Source: Eledone cirrhosa (Eukaryota). From it: a DNA stretch of 64,000 bases. The notes under the pieces are model-generated. The model saw only the letters and a list, made by a program, of their open reading frames with translations. It did no database searches and had not been told where the DNA came from. This document shows positions 39,250-55,263 of the stretch, one piece after another. The stretch is taken from positions 365,676,001-365,740,000 of the forward strand of contig OZ024741.1 in NCBI GenBank assembly GCA_964016885.1. The letters are read 5' to 3'. Within the stretch, counting starts at the first letter, position 1; each line of letters opens with the position of its first letter. Made by a program: the position numbers and the translations under genes.

Positions 39250-42200
39250 GAATCAGTAAAGAACCCACTAAATTGGAATTGGAAGCGGTGAACGAAATAG
39301 CTGGCAATTATCTGAAGGCTATACGATCTAAAGGTGTAGAAACGACATTTGAAACGCTTAATGTTTTGTTATATGTTTCAGCTGTCACATTGCTATCATA
39401 TAACACACATCTAAAACCACGCAATCAAGATACAAACAGAAAGCCTGAACCAGCGTGGATGCGAAATTTAAAAACCATAATTTTCTCCCTGAGACGAAGT
39501 ATCTCACACATCGCAGTCGTTATGAAATGCAACATAGAGAGCAACTTCACACGACACCAGGAAGACCTAAAGAAAAAGTTAGAGAGACGATTTGGAGATA
39601 CAAAATTTAAAACTTTGAACTCCAAATTACGCCAGTTGAAACAACAACTCACAGCTACAACAGAAAGACTAAAATATAAGTCAACAGCACATAAACGACA
39701 AGTGCTAAATAGATTGTTTGCCAGAGATCCTAAATCAGTTTATCGCAGCTTCGGTGGCAAAAGCTCAATCGCTGTAAACGACACCCCTTCAAAAGAACAG
39801 GTTGAGAGCTACTGGAGATCTGTATGGGAAACGGATGACGGATTCAACAGACAGGCTAATTGGCTAAAAGAACTGGAACAGGACTACTGCCAACATGTCC
39901 AGATAAAACAATATGACATAGATGGGTCAATACTGGAAACAGCTCTACAGAAAATGTCGAATAGGAAATCGCCAGGCCCAGACCTCATTACAGGATACTG
40001 GTTGAAGAATTTCACTTTCTATCGGCAAGATCTCATACGGCTGTTTACAGAAACCATTAAAGGCACACAAGAACTGCCCAGATGGTTATCAACTGCCACT
40101 ACTCTCCTCATTCCCCAAAATAGCCAAACCACCCTTGCTAAAAATTACTGCCCAATAACCTGCCAAAACATCATGTATAAATTATATACTGGGTTCCTTA
40201 ACCTGTACTTACAGGATCACTGTGCTACCAACAACATCATAACACCTGAGCAAGCTGGTGGAAAGAGGGAGGTGAGGGGTTGCATAGATCACCTACTAAC
40301 TAACAAAATGATTCAGGAAAAAACAACAAAGAATCGTAGAAACATGACTGTGGTGTGGCTGGACTATCAAAAAGCTTTTGATAGTGTACCTCATGGGTGG
40401 ATTATTAAGGCTTTACAGTTAGCTAAAGCCTCACAATCATTGGTAGCTGCTGTTGAACGCCTGACCAAGAAATGGTACACCAATTTGATCCTTAGAGGTG
40501 AGAAGGAGCAAGTTAAGACTGATAAGATACATTACCAGAAGGGCATCTTTCAGAGTGATAGCTTGTCAGTGCTACTCTTCGTTCTCTCACTGAATCCACT
40601 ATCTTACCTACTCAGGAAACAGGGTGGACAAAGAAGTGGGCCCAGAAGTATCTCCCATCTTTTCTTTGTTGATGACCTGAAGTTGTATGGGCCAAATATC
40701 AATGACATCAAGAAACAATTGGACCTCATTACACAATTTTCAACCGACATCAAAATGAAATTTGGTGAGTCCAAGTGTGCATATTTGGCAATAAAACGTG
40801 GAAGAGCTGTGCCCTCCTCTAGAAATCTAGAGATGAACGGCCTGCCAATACAACCTCTGCAGTCAGGTGACAACTACAGATATCTTGGACAGGATGAGAA
40901 TGTCAGATATGATGGACCCATAAATAAGGAGAGAACCAGAACTGAATACCTCAGAAGAGTAAATAAAATATGGTCATCAGAACTGTCAGCATACAATAAA
41001 TACATTGCACACAATACTTATGCTGTGCCAATTCTAACGCCAACATTTGGCCTGCTGAACTGGTCATTGCAAGAACTAAGTGAGATGGATGTTAGAACTC
41101 GAAAACTTCTCAGTGTTACTGGGAACTTTAACATCAATGGTGATGTGGATAGGCTATACTTCTCAAGCAAGGAAGGTGGCCGGGGTCTAAAATCAATATT
41201 AACAACATATGAGACCCGGATAGTAACACTGAAGCAACACCTCCAACAGAGGAAAAAGGTTGGCAACCATCTTGCCCAGGTTTATGAGCATGAAAAAAAA
41301 AAAATCATTAGAATAGCGACTGATCTGGAGGAGAGATATGGAATAAAGCCTGATATAAATCTCTCACCCAGAGAAATCGGAAGATCCTAATCAATGTTCA
41401 AACAAGATAAAAAAATTGACCAATTTACAGAAAAAGTTGTGCATGGATACTTGAGGCGTAAAACACAGACCATAGAGGGGATAAACCACTCAAAAAGACT
41501 GGCATGGAGTTCCGACAAGTTTATGACATCACACCTTGAGGGATATCTCTATGCAATACAGGAACAAGAACTCCCTACCAAATATCTGCTGCACAAAAGA
41601 GGAGGGCCAGCAGCTGACAATAAATGTAGGCTATGTAAGACAAAGATCGAGGATGTAAGCCACATTGTTGCCAACTGCGAAAGAATGTCATCTCGCTACT
41701 ACCTCCCCATGAGACACGACGGGATAGCTAGAACCATCTGGAACGCACTTCGGAAAACAAAATCAACAACAAACGAGGAAGAATATATTGAGACAGATGG
41801 CACTAAGGAATACAGGTGGAACCTGAAAATAAAAACTGCCACCAAATTAAAGCACAACCGGCCTGATATTGTTGTTTGGGACCACACATTAAAAACGTGT
41901 TCTGTTGTGGAGATCAGCTGCCCACTTGATGTAAACGTTGTTAGAAAAATACAGAAGGAGGACATCTACGGACCATTGATGAGGAGTTTACAAATCCAGT
42001 ATCCAAGATACACCTTTAGCTTCATACCCATCATTATTGGAGCTACGGGTTATATACCAACCCGCTTGGACCAAAGTATGACTGAACTTGGATTTGCGGA
42101 CAAAAAGTGCAGCTCCCTAATTCATAGTCTACAAATGGCTGCGATAGCTGGCACCTTCAAAATTTGCGAAACATTCTTGCGATTCAAGGGATGACAATTT

Positions 42201-42273
42201 CTTTTCTTTTACAACCTTGCCACCAGGAAGGTGGCCGGTCAAAAAAAATATACTCGAAATTAAGAGAAAGAGA
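39250..42273 (+). mobile_element. R4/Dong-clade non-LTR retrotransposon, 5'-truncated, between two (CATA)n tracts
   Basis: (CATA)n at 39184-39249 and 42274-42340; RT and restriction-like endonuclease ORF; short 3' UTR. Confidence 0.95.
39273..42194 (+). pseudogene. R4-type RT/CCHC/restriction-like endonuclease ORF with a single in-frame stop (41388-41390)
   Basis: KSPGPD, WLDYQKAFDSVPHGW, GIFQSDSLS, HLFFVDDLKLY, EGGRGL, CRLC...HIVANC, RHD, NRPDIVVWD, VEISCP; the 705-aa and 266-aa ORFs are in the same frame. Confidence 0.92.
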
Positions 42274-42340
42274 CATACATACATACATACATACATACAT
42301 ACATACATACATACATACATACATACATACATACATACAT

Positions 42341-42718
42341 AGAAGACGTGCTCTGTTGTAGAGAGCAGCTGCCCACTTGATGTCAACGTTGTAAGAAAAA
42401 TACAAGAGAGGAGAATATCTACGGACCATTGATGAAGAGTTTGCAGATCCAGTACTCAGTATCGAGCTTCATACCTATAATTATTGGAACTACAGGTTAT
42501 ATAGCAACCTGCTTGGACCAAAGTATTATTGAATTCGGATATGTGGGCAAAGACCGCAGCAGCCTAATTCATAGACTACAAATGGCTGCGATAGATGGAA
42601 CCTTCAAGATTGCAAAACCTTTTTACGATTCAAGGGATGACAATTTCTTTTCTTTTACAGTCTCTGCACCAGGATGGTAGCCGGTCAAAATTGCACTCGA
42701 ACTTAAGAGAAAGAGAAA
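42341..42718 (+). mobile_element. Tandem second 3' end of the R4 element
   Basis: Diverged repeat of about 41890-42273, followed by a decayed (CATA)n tract. Confidence 0.88.
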
Positions 42719-42771
42719 CATACACACATACACACATACACACATACATACATGCATACATGCATACATAC

Positions 42772-42821
<50 letters not shown>

Positions 42822-42902
42822 CAACAAGTAAGACCCCGACGGCTCAGCTCAAGCCGTTTCGACGGCTAATTCTCACCTGGTTCCTTACCACATTTCCTTC
42901 GT

Positions 42903-42919
<17 letters not shown>

Positions 42920-42933
<14 letters not shown>

Positions 42934-43699
42934 GAGGATGTCTGTGTGTCTGCTTCCCTAAAACTCGAGAAGTACCCAACCAGTTTTTTTCAAACTTTAT
43001 ACATGTAACTCGTATGACCCCGCAAGTGTTTTGAGCAAAAGAAAATTCTAATTTTCAATGCCCTAGGGACCGCATGAGGCGATTTAGCGATCTCTTTCTC
43101 TTTCTCTTAGTCTTTCTCTTTTTAGATAGATACATAGATATGACGTCGCGCCTTCATAATATCTGTCTGTATGCCTGACTGTCTGCATTACGTCATTATG
43201 ACGCGATCAGTGTGTGTATATATATTCTTATGCCAGGGAACGTCTTCACAAACCAAAGTGTCGTCTTCCTGTTTTCCAGATTGATTTTTTTTAGTTTAAG
43301 AAGATCCCGTTAAGGTTGAAAGCAGCGATTCTTTGCTTAAACATTAATATGTTATTTTAATATAGATATTCGTGTACAGATATTTTTGCCTACACAAAAA
43401 CAAAATATAAACAAACAAGGCCAAAGATTACATCAATTAGTCTTAGTGTATGTACTTCATACTGCTTTTAGGTAGAATATCCCGTTAAGGGTGAAAGCAG
43501 TGATTCTTTGCTTAAACTTTAGTCTGTTATTTTAATATATATATATATAATTATATATTTATGGACAGATATTTTTGCATACACAATAACAAAATATAAA
43601 CAAACGTATTTATTTCACGAGGTTCGATAAGGATAAATATATATCAAATATATAAGAACCCTATAGCAAATCCCGAGCAACGCCGGGCCATTCTGCTAG
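42920..43699 (+). mobile_element. Non-autonomous Helitron-like element
   Basis: Starts tatatataaaacagaggatgtctg; ends with hairpin cccgagcaacgccggg (43672-43687) and CTAG followed by T. Confidence 0.8.
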
Positions 43700-43700
43700 T

Positions 43701-44604
<904 letters not shown>

Positions 44605-44889
44605 TATAAAAAAACGAAAAATCAGTGATGCATCTGGACTCAGTTTATTGCGTGTTACAATTGTTTTTGTTTCGCCGGCAGGTAGCTCGAGACATGATCA
44701 CTGTATGGATCTGGCTGATTCTACGGCTGCAGGTTTATACTATCCACACTCTGCTCTGTATGAATATTGAGTGCTAATTTTGGCATACCGCCCATGGTAG
44801 CACCATAGCTACCATTATACACACGTATATATATATATATATATATATATTTAAATTAATAGAGGTTTAACACACGAGTTGTGATATAT

Positions 44890-45245
44890 TAGTAAAAGGA
44901 AAAGAAAATGCTGACAAATTTTTCCCACTGAAAAATAGTTTAATTAGGAATAAGTATAAATTAGTAATAAGTATTGGTTAGTATTCAGTTTTAGTTCTAA
45001 GTTTTTACCGGTTGCGCATTTCTAATGCATTTCTAGCTCTCGTGATGTTTGCTCTAATCAGATTAGAGCAAACATCACGTGCGCTCTATCTCAAAATTAT
45101 TTTTGAAAAGCATTAGAAATGCGCAACCGGTAAAAACTTAGAACTAAAACTGAATACTAACCAATACTTATTACTAATTTTCACTTATTCCTAATTAAAC
45201 TATTTTTCACTGGGAAAAATTTGTCAGCATTTGCTTTTCCTTTTA

Positions 45246-45250
<5 letters not shown>
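44890..45250. repeat. Fold-back repeat in (TA)n; a single arm also occurs at 7811-7945
   Basis: About 44890-45030 is the reverse complement of about 45110-45250, with an internal palindrome gtgatgtttgctctaatc a gattagagcaaacatcac. Confidence 0.85.
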
Positions 45251-45306
<56 letters not shown>

Positions 45307-46356
45307 TGGAAAATGTGTGTAATCCAGTTAGGTATATTAAGACAGGGGGGGGGGGGGAAGAAAAAATGGCTTCACTTGTGCTTTCAAAAAATTTATTTTC
45401 TTCGCAAAATCCCAAAAGAATTTTTTTCCGGATTAGAAAAAATGTTTTCTTAAAAAATTTTTTTTTATAAATTAAGTTGTTGGTTGTTGGTTAGGTCTTA
45501 GAAGTTCTTGGTTAACGTAGGAGGTATTGTTTCGTTTTTAGAACGACCTTGCACGCTGAGGTGCGCTTGTCAAACTGATGTGTATGTGGTGTGTTGTTGT
45601 ATATATAGGGATTTAACATGTCTGTGGTGTGGTGGGGTTTTTTTTCTCCCCCTTTAATAAGTGTATGGGTGTAGGTGTGTTGAAAAAGTGTTAATAGCAG
45701 TAATGAATTGAGACGGTGAGTAGTGTTGGGTGGGCAGAAATGTAGCAAGTGCGGCCTGCCCCGGTCATTCTCGAAAAATTCCTTTATTCAGGGGAAAAAG
45801 CTTTTAGTATTCCTTTGTATTGAGAATGGTCACAGGCAAATCGCACCTGCCAAGTTTGTAAATAATTATTTTTTTCTGAAGAATTTTTCTACGTCCATCC
45901 CAAAATTAGTCCTTTGTTCAACACACACATATGTGCGTATATACGTACATACACACACGGGCATATGTAGGAATATATAGGCACACACCATCAATCACAT
46001 ACCCATGTACATATACATCCACATACATACACAAAAACATATAAAGACACATATAAAAACACATATACACATACGTACACACACGAATATGTACTCATAC
46101 CTCCACATGGGTATATATATATATATACATACATACATATACATACATATACACACATAAAGATACATAACTAAATATACATATATACACATACACGCAC
46201 ACATACACACACACACGTGTACACACACACACACACACACACATATACATCTGTCCGTATATATACCTCCGTTCACACATACATGCATACACACACACAT
46301 ACACACATACATATATATATATATAGAGAGAGAGAGGCATACACACACACACATAC

Positions 46357-46399
<43 letters not shown>

Positions 46400-46574
46400 C
46401 ATACATATATATATACATATATGTACACATATACACATACAGACACATACACACATATACATACATATACACACATATATATATCTATATATATATACAC
46501 ACACATATATATACATACGCATACACATACACATACAAGTACATACATACACACATACATATATACACATACAT

Positions 46575-46641
<67 letters not shown>

Positions 46642-46710
46642 CACACACATACATACACACACATATATATATATATATGTGTGTACACACAAGCACATAA
46701 AGACACATAT

Positions 46711-46768
<58 letters not shown>

Positions 46769-47189
46769 ATATATACATACATCTACATACATACATACAT
46801 ATACACATACAGAAACATACACATATGTACACACATATATACATATATGCACATACATACACACACACACACATATATATAGTTACATACATATACATAC
46901 ACACACATATAAACATATATCTATATATATATATATATATATATACATATATTTATATACAAACATACACATACATACATATACATATACATATATATAC
47001 ACACATACACATATATATATATATATATACACACATACAAACATACACACATCCATACATATATATACACACACACACATACACACACCCACATACATAT
47101 ATACCCACACGTACATACATCCATACATACCTACACACATATATGTGTGTGTCTCACCGTTCACTCAGATATTCATGTGTACACATAAG

Positions 47190-47765
47190 AAGCAATACAA
47201 ACATTGTTATTGCACATGAAATGTTGGCTTCTTTCAAATATAAGATTCAAATGTGAAATTTTGTCAGGTTTCCATCCTGGGAAGAAATTGTTATTGAAGA
47301 ATATAAGTTACTACTTCTCGATGTTGCTACAGCAATACAGGCACACCTTTAGCATGCCTTTCATAGATATTTCTCTGTGGGAAATGTGGAAGTCTACGTA
47401 CATTGGATAAGGAACCCGTTTCTGTTTCAGCTAAGTGACATGCCTGATGAAGATTCTTTGAAAGAGGATTTCATTGACATACAACATGATAAAACTGCAA
47501 ACATGGTTCTCGAAGTGAGCACATTGTAGAATTTGTGGGCATCATAAATTACATCATACGCAAGCAATCCCAAGAAAGCAATTGGTGTACTTGTTCCGCA
47601 CGCAACAACCTATCTTTGCGAAGCATGGTTGCCAACTCTCTTTCATGTCGGAAGCAAGCTTCGAAAACATCCCGTCGCTCAGAATGACATGCACTTGGTT
47701 CTCAGAAAATCGGAATGTCGTATTTCAAATATAATTGAGAAGAAGCAAGAACAAAATTTACATAA
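47190..47765 (+). pseudogene. hAT (Buster/Charlie-type) transposase C-terminal relic
   Basis: Fragments [28 protein letters not shown]...EDFIDIQHD, KKAIGVLVPHATTYLCEAW...NDMHLVL...RISNIIEKKQEQNLH match the WIxNPF and PFxTTYLCE motifs. Confidence 0.8.
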
Positions 47766-48365
47766 AAGATTAAAATATTTTGGCTGGATATTTTCTGTTG
47801 TTTTAAAAAATACATACATACATACATATAGTGTCATACTTTATAACTCTTGTGCTTTACTATGGACGATAATGTTTAGTTTCTCGTTCTGTTAAATGCT
47901 TTGTAAATGCCTGAAACACCTAGATTAGTAACAGCTATATGGAGGCTAGAACTTCGATTCTTACCCAATATATATATATATATCAAAAGTACATATTGAG
48001 TTAAAAACTCACAATAGTCGCCTAAACTCAAAATAACTCCAGGAAAAAGTTTTTCGAGCCTTATACTATAATAAAGAAGAACGAACATGGATACATAACT
48101 ATATGTGTTCAAATCACAAAGGACAGAAACTACCAGGGTGAAGAAAATACTGACTAAAATGGTATGCTTCGCAGAACCCAATCAAAAGCATAAACTGAGA
48201 TATACAAACCCACCATGACAACTATCATTTATCCGGACAACTTGTAGCTAGAACTGTTTCGCAACATTCAGTGAAGAGATTTACAGGTGCAATGCTTTTG
48301 AGCGGATACTCGAGCAATAAAATCCTCAAAACAAAAATTGGTTGAAAGACTAAATAACACGTGCG

Positions 48366-48460
<95 letters not shown>

Positions 48461-48521
48461 CATGGTCATGGCTTTCCGCGCGGATCGAATAGAATGTAAG
48501 GCTACGAGAAAAAATAGCAGC

Positions 48522-48656
48522 CAAAAACTGATATATCAAAAGCTCTACAAAAACTGATATATCAAAAGCTCTACAAAAACCGATATATCAAAAGCTCTAC
48601 AAAAACCGATATATCAAAAGCTCTACAAAAACCGATATATCAAAAGCTCTACAAAA
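48522..48656. repeat. 26-bp minisatellite, 5 copies
   Basis: caaaaac(t/c)gatatatcaaaagctcta repeated with no spacers. Confidence 0.95.
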
Positions 48657-48812
48657 GCAAAGGAGCCAAATTTATGAAAAGTATATGTTGAGTTAGAAAC
48701 TGACAATAGCCTCTGATAGACTGTATTTTCTTCACCCTGGCGGTTTCTGTCTCTTGTGATTTGAACACAAGTAGTTATATATACGTGTTCGTTCCTCTTT
48801 ACTGTACACACG

Positions 48813-48864
<52 letters not shown>

Positions 48865-48884
48865 ATATATATTTATATATATAT

Positions 48885-49656
48885 CATATATTGAGTTATA
48901 AACTCGAAATAGTCTTTTACAATTAAATACCTCAAAGAAGAGAATATTTCCGAAACCGTGTAATACAAATGAATATATGAGAGGGATGAACACTGATACA
49001 AGTATATATGTGTTCGAATTGTAAATTACCAAGTTAGCTAGGTTGAAAAATACTAATTTAAAATAATATGGTTTGCCGGTCTTGATTTAAAATAATAAAT
49101 CAATAAAAATAACAAACCTATATTGGCAATGGCCGTGATACCCGGACAAATTCTAAATTTGTTTCGCTATTCTTTGAGCTATTTAATTGTAAAAGCCTAT
49201 TTCAAGTTTATAACTCAATATATGATATTCTCGGCTCCATACGTAGAGCTAATTTTAGTCCCATAAAACTGGCTGCTATTTTTAGCGGCACGAGTATGAG
49301 ACGAGTTTGGTGCTGTGACACATGTGCGTCCAACAACACATATTTTTCAGTCTTCTTAAGTATTTTGAAGTGAAAGGTACGAATTTGCTGGATACTCGCA
49401 GATGAGCACAGGGATAGTGACTTCTACTTAATAATTGTTTCGAAACAAATTTAGAATTTGTCCGGGTATTACGGCCATTGCCAATATAGGTTTGTTATTT
49501 TTATTGATTTATTATTTTAAATCGAGACAGGCAAACCATATTATTTTAAATTAGTATATTTCAACGTAGCTAACTTGGTCATTTGCAATTCGAACACATG
49601 TATACTTGTATAAGTGTTCATGCCTCTCATATATTCATTTGTATATATATATATAT

Positions 49657-49742
<86 letters not shown>

Positions 49743-49830
49743 ATATATATATATATCAAAGGTAGATATTGAGTTAGAAACTCCAAATAGTCTCTTACAA
49801 TAAAATAGCTCTAGGAAAGAGATTTTTCCG
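48885..49830. repeat. Large fold-back repeat with HHR-like motif at 49393-49468 (plus)
   Basis: About 48990-49167 is inverted at about 49441-49640; tactcg-CAGATGA-...-GAAA-caaatt tag aatttg-TC-cgggta. A diverged relative lies at about 47980-48320. Confidence 0.7.
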
Positions 49831-49939
49831 AGCTGTATAGTTCGTATTCTTTTCACCTTAGCGAATCTGATCCCTTACGATTTGAACACATATATGTATA
49901 TACCTCTGTTCGCTTTTCTTTTATATTCAATTATATATA

Positions 49940-50958
<1,019 letters not shown>

Positions 50959-51354
50959 TATATATATTTAGATAATAGATTAAATTTAAGCAAAGAATGG
51001 CTGCTTTTACTCTTAAAAGGATCTCGTGAAACTAAAAAAAAAAAATCAATCTGTGGACGCACAAGTAAATATTTCGGAAAACGTTAAAACCGAAGGAAAA
51101 CAAGAAGGGGATACTTTGGTTTCTTGAAGACATTCCCTGGCAATGAACGGGAAAAAAGCAAGGATAATTACGTCGTTATGTGGAGCGGTGAGAACAATTT
51201 CACGCAAAGACAAAAACACGTTTATGGTATAAGTGGAGACATTAGACAAATATTCTATTTAGAATAACCGAATGATTCTCAGCTCCGAAGTTTAAGAATA
51301 ATTATTTCTACTTTTGGCACACGGCCAGCAATTACTCCAGTGTATTACTGGTAC

Positions 51355-51819
51355 TCCTCTGTGCTACTCTCGAACTGATTTTGGGAGGCTCCCGTACAGC
51401 TCTGAGTTCTTCATCCTCAGTGTATACTGATTAATGTTCAGAGCCATCCTCAGCATTCTCGTGTAACACCCTTCCACCATCAGAGTGAGTTTCTTGGTCA
51501 GTATCCAAGTCTCAGAGCCGTACAGCAGCACAACCTCCACATAAGCAACGAAGAGACGGATCTTCAGGTCTTTACGAAGGTCCAACTTCCACGTTAGCTG
51601 GGCATGCTCAGCGACATCCATGGTTGGTACTGCACTCAGTGCTCATGTGGGAGCCCATGCATGAACACACTAGAAGGGGAAGACCGAGGTTAACATATGT
51701 TGATGCCCTAAGGACAAACACTGGTCTCTTGGAGACGCAGGATATGGCAGTGATAAGAGGAACAGAGACCGCTGGAGAGAACACATCCATGGATCTCGGG
51801 AATTTTACCCGCTCAAGAC
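51355..51819. mobile_element. 5'-inverted RTE LINE insertion with 11-bp target-site duplication inside a minus-strand SINE (51301-51865)
   Basis: attactggtac at 51344-51354 and 51820-51830; minus part KIRLF...LLYGSETW...TRMLRMALN; plus part LAGHAQRHP...WEP...RGRPRLTYVD. Confidence 0.85.
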
Positions 51820-52120
51820 ATTACTGGTACCTTATTTTATCGACCCCGAAAGGGTGAAAGGCAAGAATAATGTAAATAAAGATGTTAAACAAAAATAACA
51901 GAGGTTATTAAAATAGTAAAAGATTTAGGCCAGTGCATATGTATGCGCCGATGCATACATACGCATACATATACATACGCAAACACAAATATATATGTAT
52001 ATATAAATATATATATATATAATAATATACATACATATACACACGTATACATGCACGCATACACCTACACGCATATATTTACACACATATACATATATAC
52101 ATATACATATATATACATAC

Positions 52121-52160
<40 letters not shown>

Positions 52161-52245
52161 ATAATAATAAATTTGAAGACTAAAATCCAAAGAGGGCTCG
52201 ATAAAGATAAGTTATTTTAATAAATATATATATATATATATATAT

Positions 52246-55200
52246 AACAATTAAGTTAAAAATGTACATCCATATATGTATACTGAAATACTAGTATGCA
52301 TATGAATACACACACGTATACATATGTAGATGTACCAAGTCTTTCACTGGTTACTTTACTGTGAGTATCCAGCTATTCTCTATGTAAACACACAGACAAA
52401 CCGGTTTTTAGAGTCATACTGGTTTTCGAGGAAACACCTTTCCTCTATTCTCCAGAAAGCCAGACAAGGAATATTGAACTAGTTTCGTTGTTGTTACAAC
52501 TCATCAGCAATATTTACCTATCTACCGGCCTTTCTGGAGGATCGTAAAAGCACATATCGTTATATGCTTTTTCTATGAAAATTAGTAGAGGGCAGACTAA
52601 TTTGCATAGAGTGTGAGTACGTACCGGTTCAACGGAGAAGATAAAAACAAATAACGAAACGAAATTAAATTTCGTTTCGTTTGTAACTCACTTTTGTATG
52701 ACTGACGCTTAAACAATTAAGTTAAAAATGTACATCCATATATGTATACTGAAATACTAGTATGCATATGAATACACACACGTATACATATGTAGATGTA
52801 CCAAGTCTTTCACTGGTTACTTTACTGTGAGTATCCAGCTATTCTGTATGTAAACACACAGACAAACCGGTTTTTAGAGTCATACTGGTTTTCGAGGAAA
52901 CACCTTTCCTCTATTCTCCAGAAAGCCAGACAAGGAATATTGAACTAGTTTCGTTGTTGTTACAACTCATCAGCAATATTTACCTATCTACCGGCCTTTC
53001 TGGAGAATCGTAAAAGCACATATCGTTATATGCTTTTTCTATGAAAATTAGTAGTGGGCAGACTAATTTGCATAGAGTGTGAGTACTTACCGGTTCAACG
53101 GAGACGATAAAAACAAATAACGAAACGAAATTAGATTTCGTTTCGTTTGTAACTCACTTTTGTATGACTGACGCTTAAACAATTAAGTTAAAAATGTACA
53201 TCCATATATGTATACTGAAATACTAGTATGCATATGAATACACACACGTATACATATGTAGATGTACCAAGTCTTTCACTGGTTACTTTACTGTGAGTAT
53301 CCAGCTATTCTGTATGTAAACACACAGACAAACCGGTTTTTAGAGTCATACTGGTTTTCGAGGAAACACCTTTCCTCTATTCTCCAGAAAGCCAGACAAG
53401 GAATATTGAACTAGTTTCGTTGTTGTTACAACTCATCAGCAATATTTACCTATCTACCGGCCTTTCTGGAGAATCGTAAAAGCACATATCGTTATATGCT
53501 TTTTCTATGAAAATTAGTAGTGGGCAGACTAATTTGCATAGAGTGTGAGTACGTACCGGTTCAACGGAGACGATAAAAACAAATAACGAAACGAAATTAA
53601 ATTTCGTTTCGTTTGTAACTCACTTTTGTATGACTCTAAAAACCGGTTTTTCTGTGTGTTTACATACAGAATAGCTGGATACTCACAGTAAAGTAACCAG
53701 TGAAAGACTTGGTACATCTACATATGTATACGTGTGTGTATTCATATGCATACTAGTATTTCAGTATACATATATGGATGTACATTTTTAACTTAATTGT
53801 TTAAGCGTCAGTCATACAAAAGTGAGTTACAAACGAAACGAAATTTAATTTCGTTTCGTTATTTGTTTTTATCGTCTCCGTTGAACCGGTACGTACCCAC
53901 ACTCTATGCAAATTAGTCTGCCCACTACTAATTTTCATAGAAAAAGCATATAACGATATGTGCTTTTACGATTCTCCAGAAAGGCCGGTAGATAGGTAAA
54001 TATTGCTGATGAGTTGTAACAACAACGAAACTAGTTCAATATTCCTTGTCTGGCTTTCTGGAGAATAGAGGAAAGGTGTTTCCTCGAAAACCAGTATGAC
54101 TCTAAAAACCGGTTTTTCTGTGTGTTTACATACAGAATAGCTGGATACTCACAGTAAAGTAACCAGTGAAAGACTTGGTACATCTACATATGTATACGTG
54201 TGTGTATTCATATGCATACTAGTATTTCAGTATACATATATGGATGTACATTCTTAACTTAATTGTTTAAGCGTCAGTCATACAAAAGTGAGTTACAAAC
54301 GAAACGAAATTTAATTTCGTTTCGTTATTTGTTTTTATCGTCTCCGTTGAACCGGTACGTACTCACACTCTATGCAAATTAGTCTGCCCACTACTCATTT
54401 TCATAGAAAAAGCATATAACGATATGTGCTTTTACGATCCTCCAGAAAGGCCGGTAGATAGGTAAATATTGCTGATGAGTTGTAACAACAACGAAACTAG
54501 TTCAATATTCCTTGTCTGGCTTTCTGGAGAATAGAGGAAAGGTGTTTCCTCGAAAACCAGTATGACTCTAAAAACCGATTTGTCTGTGTGCTTACATACA
54601 GAATAGCTGGATACTCACAGTAAAGTAACCAGTGAAAGACTTGGTACATCTACATATGTATACGTGTGTGTATTCATATTCATACTAGTATTTCAGTATA
54701 CATATATGGATGTACATTTTTAACTTAATTGTTTAAGCGTCAGTCATACAAAATGAGTTACAAACGAAACGAAATTTAATTTCGTTTAGTTATTTGTTTT
54801 TATCGTCTCCGTTGAACCGGTACGTACTCACACTCTATGCAAATTAGTCTGCCCACTACTAATTTTCATAGAAAAAGCATATAACGATATGTGCTTTTAC
54901 GATTCTCCAGAAAGCCGGTAGATAGGTAAATATTGCTGATGAGTTGTAACAACAACGAAACTAGTTCAATATTCCTTGTCTGGCTTTCTGGAGAATAGAG
55001 GAAAGGTGTTTCCTCGAAAACCAGTATGACTCTAAAAACCGGTTTGTCTGTGTGTTTACATACAGAATAGCTGGATACTCACAGTAAAGTAACCAGTGAA
55101 AGACTTGGTACATCTACATATGTATACGTGTGTGGATTCATATGCATACTAGTATTTCAGTATACATATATGGATGTACATTTTTAACTTAATTGTTTAA

Positions 55201-55263
55201 GCGTCAGTCATACAAAAGTGAGTTACAAACGAAACGAAATTTAATTTCGTTTCGTTATTTGTT

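Noticed and set aside
48522-48656. CRISPR-like array
   Set aside because: The 26-bp units are contiguous with no spacers, no cas genes are present, and the context is eukaryotic.
52246-53635. Second, opposite-polarity ribozyme or an ORF in the 466-bp monomer
   Set aside because: Only partial matches (ctgtgag, ctgacgc) without a proper core; the 62-aa ORF exists only across the inversion junction.
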